Source: Phaeosaccion multiseriatum
Lineage: Eukaryota; Protista; Ochrophyta, other classes
Direction of reading: 5' to 3'
Length of the DNA stretch: 64,000 nt
Assembly (NCBI GenBank): GCA_965112735.1
Contig: OZ218950.1
Location: 3,410,001-3,474,000 of the forward strand
This document shows, piece by piece, positions 59,192-64,000 of this stretch. Numbering within the stretch: position 1 is the stretch's first letter; each line of letters begins with the position of its first letter. A program made the position numbers and the translations under genes. The notes under the pieces are model-generated. The model worked only from the letters and a program-made list of their open reading frames with translations, searched no databases and was not told the origin of the DNA.

Positions 59192-61770
59192 TTACAAAAA
59201 TTTGCTTTTGCCGGAGGGGCCAGTTGCAGCTGCATCAGCCGCAGCCGCTGCTGCATCGGCGGAGACAGACGAGCATCCCCCCTTGTCCTCTCCTCCTGCC
59301 CGCTCTCCCTCCCTGTCCCTGCTGCTGCTCCGTTTGCTGTACAAGCGCGAGACGAGTGCTCCGAGCACTCCCAGAACCAGCAAGAGCAGCACCTGGGGGA
59401 GGGTGTCCCATGCATGCACCTGTGGCCGGCCGGAGGATAAGGAGGAGACAAGACGGCAAGGGGGAAAGTTGAGGGTCAGGGAAAGGGAAAGAAGAAGGAG
59501 AAGAGGAGGAGAAGAGTAATAAAAGGAAACAAGCTACTTTTTGCTAAAACCGAAAGAACATTTCCCCACACGATGCAGCCAAACAAAGCATCTTTCCACT
59601 CACGTTCTTGACTCGGAGGAAAGCGGACTCGCTGAGCAGTGCCTCGAGCGGGTCCAACAGTAGAGGACCTACACAGAGGGAGGGTGCAAGGAGTAACGGG
59701 TAACGGGCAGAGAGGGCGGAAGGGAAATATTAAAAAACACCATAACAACGGACCTACGCTCCATCCCATCTTCGTTTTGTTCATCGCGACGAAACAAAAG
59801 CCGCGTAAAATGCAACACAAAAAAACATTTCTCGTACAACAATAATTACCTGCATCATGTAAGTGGTGAGAGGCTGCCACCTCTGCCAGAGCAAAGCCGA
59901 GCGTCCACTCCACCTCCATCCCATTCGCCTCTCTCGCAAAGGTAATGTTTCTCGTGGCCTCTGGGAAGCCGTAGCCGTGCCTGAGCAGCGTCGTCATGTA
60001 CACAGCCTCTACGCAGCGGTAGGGGATGCGCGAGGGGGGCGTGAAGGCATGTACGTGCAGCAGGGTGGAGTTGAGATGGCCCCACTCCATGCTACAGAAT
60101 CCCTCTACGGCGGTCTGCAGCTCCCCCACAGAAGGTGTAGGCCATACGCTGTCCAGGTTGGCTCCAAAGCCATCTGTGAGTGATGTGTGGATGAGAGAGA
60201 CATAGTCATCCAAAAGAGAGAAGAGGGGGGGGAGAGAACGCAAGAGTCAGGCTCAAGAAGGACGAAGGCCTCTAAGTATGTGTACGCCTGCTTTTCTATA
60301 CCATGGCTCTCCCTCAGCAATCAAAGAGAGGCACATGCATTCATGCACTGCAAACTCAAATCACGCATACACATAGACGTACGGTACGCACCTAATTGGT
60401 GCCTCTCCAGCTCCCTGACGCAGTCCATCCCGTAGAAGAAGACCGACATTGCATAAAAGTCGCCCGTCACCACAGGCACATCCACGCCGTCGATGTCGCA
60501 GCGGCCCTCCTCACAGTGCATGTGCCCGTCCTGCGCCCAGGACAAGAGTACAGAGCAAGCACACAGCGTAGAGGGTCGCACACAAAGTTAGGAGAGGAGA
60601 GGAGAAGAGAGAAAGAAAAAACTACCAGTCGGCACCAGATTTCTCGAAAGAAGCAGGCACGCACGCACGCACACACACACGGAAGCAAGCAACAAGAGCC
60701 CCAACAGTAGAAGCAGGCAGCAGCACCACCAACAGAAGGGCGAGGAAGACGAAATGTAGAGGAGGAATGCAAAAACAGAAGAGGAAAGCGGCAGGACCAC
60801 AGACCAGCTCGCAGGCAAAGCTTCCTCCCTTTCCCTCCCCTCCCCTCGTGACAACTTACTCACCCCCCAGATCATGTGCTTCATACCCTCAGCGCACTCC
60901 AGGGCATCCCCTGAGCCCACGAGTACATGCCCCATCCACTCGTCTGTATGCTCCACAAACGCACACGGGTTGACCACCGGTACTTCTGCTGCCTTGCCCT
61001 CTGCTATGTGCTTGTCCACCAGAAAGGTCCACACCCTCTCTTGGATGGCACCCACGCCGAAAGAGAGGAAGGAGTTGCCCCAAAAGTCATCGGGGCTTAC
61101 CCTCTGAGGCTTGTCTGTTGCTGCGCACTGGCTGTTGGCAAACGGGGCGGCTATCCTGGAAGCCAACGCGCCAGTGATTCTATTGACGAGAGCTTTGCCT
61201 GCTTCTGCTGAAGCAACGAGTTCAAAGCCCTCCGGGCGCTCCTCTTCCTCCTGCCCCCCTTCGTCCCGGCTCTTCCCACAACTCTCACACGTGTCATCCG
61301 CCATGGACTCCTCTCCATGCTGCAGCTGCGGCACAGAAGTGGTCGCCAAGACATCTCCCACGGTGTCCCCACTGCACTCCGCCGCTGCTACCGCCCCCGC
61401 CACCAACGCCGCTGCTGCCGCTGCTGCTGCCTCCTGCACAGACTCCACGGGGCCCACTCCTGCCAACCCTGCTCGGGCCTCTGCCGATAGATTTAGAGCA
61501 AAGTCGGCAAGCTCTCCGGGGGGGAACATAATCTGCGTGCTCTCTCCGCCCATGTCTAGCGCTCCCAGCACCCCCTGGTGGTGCCCTGTGCGGTGCAGGC
61601 GGGCGTCGATTCTGCCCTCCAAATAGTTGGTGGACAAGACTGCGTAGTAAGCCTCCATGTGGCCGTCAATGGTGCCAACATGGTGTCTCTCTACTTTAAA
61701 CTTGAACCCGTGGGGACCCTCCTTGAGCTCCTGGAAGCAAAAGGAAGTGGGAAGCAAAGAGAGAGAGAGA

Positions 61771-61826
<56 letters not shown>

Positions 61827-62311
61827 GCCGCATGTTGAGGGAAAGTGCCGGAGCCAGACAAACACACACGGAGGGGAGCCGCGTAGAAAAGAAGAAGAAC
61901 AAGAAAGGGCGGAGAGAAGGCAGGATAAGGGAGGGAGGGGGCTGGCCACTCTCGTAAAAGGGTAATAACCCCTCCGCTTCGCTCACCACCCACCTTGTAT
62001 ATGATGTCGTAAATCGCTTCCTGCTTGTCCTCCTCTACCAGCCGCATCCCCGCCGTCGACTTGATAAAGACGGACGTGTGCTCGTGCTGCTCCTGCGGAA
62101 TGTGACTCGCCGCCGCTTCTAGCAAAGGCCGCACGTAATCGGCAGCCGTCTCCGGGGCGTGCTCGAAGGTGCTCAGGCCTGGGCTGACCTTGGACACAGG
62201 CCGCCCAGTCATGACCATGCCTCCATCAACGAGGGACATTTCATAGAGAAAGGCCCGGCTGCCGCTGCTGCCTGCATCGACCACGACGCAGTATCGACGC
62301 TCATCCTCCAT
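59192..62311 (-). CDS. GDA1/CD39 family apyrase (NTPDase) with a C-terminal transmembrane segment; 5' end uncertain
   Basis: Apyrase conserved regions VVDAGSSGSR, STAGMRL, IDGHMEAYY, GALDMGGESTQI, SFLSFG and EWTLG. The last exon has VLLLLVLGVLGALV. Confidence 0.9.
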
Positions 62312-62954
62312 CTCCTATCGATCCGACGCCCCGGAAGTGAGCCGTTTGGCGGTCACACGCAGTGATTGCTCGCCGCTCCCCTCCCAAAGTCTCCCTCTCT
62401 CTATCCTCCTTGTGGTCTCTCTGAATGAGGGCTTCTGGCTCGCCCTCTCCCCCCCGCTGACTGTCTTCTCCCACCCGCCACTTCACCGGACGCCGCCTCC
62501 GCCTCTTCCACTTTTGTTCCGACGCACCGCTGACCGCAAGTAATTTTCCCCACTATCACCCTGACATCTCCCGTGAACTGATCCCCAGACTTGCCACGGG
62601 CCGCTCCGCTCCGCTGGTGGAACGCCTGTGGGTTGTTGGAACGGGCAGGAGGCTCTAGACCCCTTCTTTCCTTTCCAGCGTCGAAGCCTCCACGGAATAG
62701 ACCAAACCCCCTTGTGATTATTCAGCCGCTCAGAAGCGTTGTGTGGAGAGGCAGGCCCAGCAGCTCCTCGAGTCTACAGACACACACACCGAAGCGCCAA
62801 CAGCGTGGGGGCGCCGAGACCTTCGTTCGTCGCCAGAAAAGCCCCGGGGGGGCCAAATTCGTTGCCTTAGTATCTCCCCATCTCCCCCCCCCCTTCGATA
62901 GCCCCTCGATCTCTCTCCTCGACACAAGCGTCTCTCGAGGCTGCAGAGAATGCG

Positions 62955-64000
62955 ATGAAGTCCGCCAGTGCTGCGGCGTCCGCTGCAGCTGCTCAAGGCA
63001 GAGGAGTGCGAAGATTGCTGCAGGCATCGGCCTCTCTCTCTCGAGCTCTCCACAGCAAACACTTTCCGGATGCAGCAGCGGTATCTGGAGGGCGAGCACT
63101 CGCAGCAGCGAGCTCTCAGGTGCCAACGAGAGGCTTTTCCCAGGCACCTCTTCAGCAGGAGCATGGACGAGGGCAGCATTACTACTCAGCGTACCGCATG
63201 CAGCAAAGGGGGCTATGGCACGGGCCAGCTGCTCTAAGCCCAGTACACGGAGGGATTGGGTGTAGGGAGAGTCTCAGGAGCCGGACACAGGGGGGGGTGA
63301 CGAGAGGAAGGAGGCTCATGTCAACCAGTAGTGGTGGTGTGGCTTCGTCCACACCACCAGCTCCATCGTCACAGTCTTCTTCATCTTCAGCTTCAGTCGA
63401 GGCCGCACCAGGGTCAGCTCCTGGCACAGAAGGAGCAGCACCAACACCAGCACCAGCACCAGCAGCACCGGCACCGGCACCTCCACCACCATCCTCATCA
63501 TCTTCAGCCCCAGTCGAGGCCGTCGCTGACTCTGGTGGCGCAGCGGCAGATGCAGCGTCGATGGCGGCATCATCAGCAACAGCAGAGTCATCGAGCTCTG
63601 TGGCTACTGCAGCAGATTTTTCACAGGTGAATCACCCGGGCTTGTGGTGTACTTTGTCAGATAGAAATGGCCCAACACGGACTATGCAATAGGTGGGATT
63701 TGGTGTGTACACCGACGAAGAATACTCGCGCAGATAGGAAGGCCGTCGTCTCCCTGTCTCTGTCTCTCTCCCGCCCCCTCCTCTCTCTTTCTTTCTCTCT
63801 CTGTCTTCCCGTCTAGCCCGGTCACTTTGGTGGTCTACATTCCTCTGCTCCCCGACCCTCGCCTCAGCAAAACTCTCCTTCCTTGTCCTTGTGGTCCTTT
63901 CCTGTGTCCCTGTCCCGCTGTGTGTTCTTCTGGGTAGGTCATTGTGGGGCCCTCGCTACCCACCTTGGCCGAAGTCACCGACATTCCCGTGGCGGATAAA
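62955..64000 (+). CDS. 5' part of a probable mitochondrion-targeted protein (truncated by window edge); product unknown
   Basis: A/S/R-rich, acid-poor N-terminus (GRGVRRLLQ..., GRRLMSTSS). Donor at 63627 and an in-frame exon from ~63938. Confidence 0.5.

Overview
This is eukaryotic nuclear DNA from a photosynthetic stramenopile (ochrophyte alga). It is intron-rich, GC-rich and gene-dense, with GT-AG introns full of microsatellites. The assignment rests on an aureochrome (bZIP+LOV) and several signal-peptide plus 'xAF' plastid presequences. I spliced about 18 genes by hand: a WD40 protein, a BBOF1/CFAP157-like coiled-coil protein, plastid GrpE, an unknown coiled-coil protein, an HHL1-like protein, MutS2, COX17, a large orphan repeat-domain protein, aureochrome, an Abraxas-like MPN protein, a GW2/DA2/Sip5-type RING ligase, an orphan ORF, an ADP-ribosylglycohydrolase, a Wee1/Myt1 kinase, a DHRS7-like SDR, intronless plastid ClpB, a GDA1/CD39 apyrase and the 5' part of a probable mitochondrial protein. 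The best novelty candidate is the ~1600-aa orphan gene at 24977-31813 (-). It carries four diverged copies of a ~130-aa domain I do not recognise, built as phase-0 exon modules and visible only after splicing. Other highlights are a 375-bp TA-flanked foldback MITE, an SDR lacking its catalytic Tyr and Ser, a duplicated acceptor that creates a poison isoform, and a TCAGGG array that multiplies a splice donor in MutS2. All exon models are manual and unverified by transcripts.
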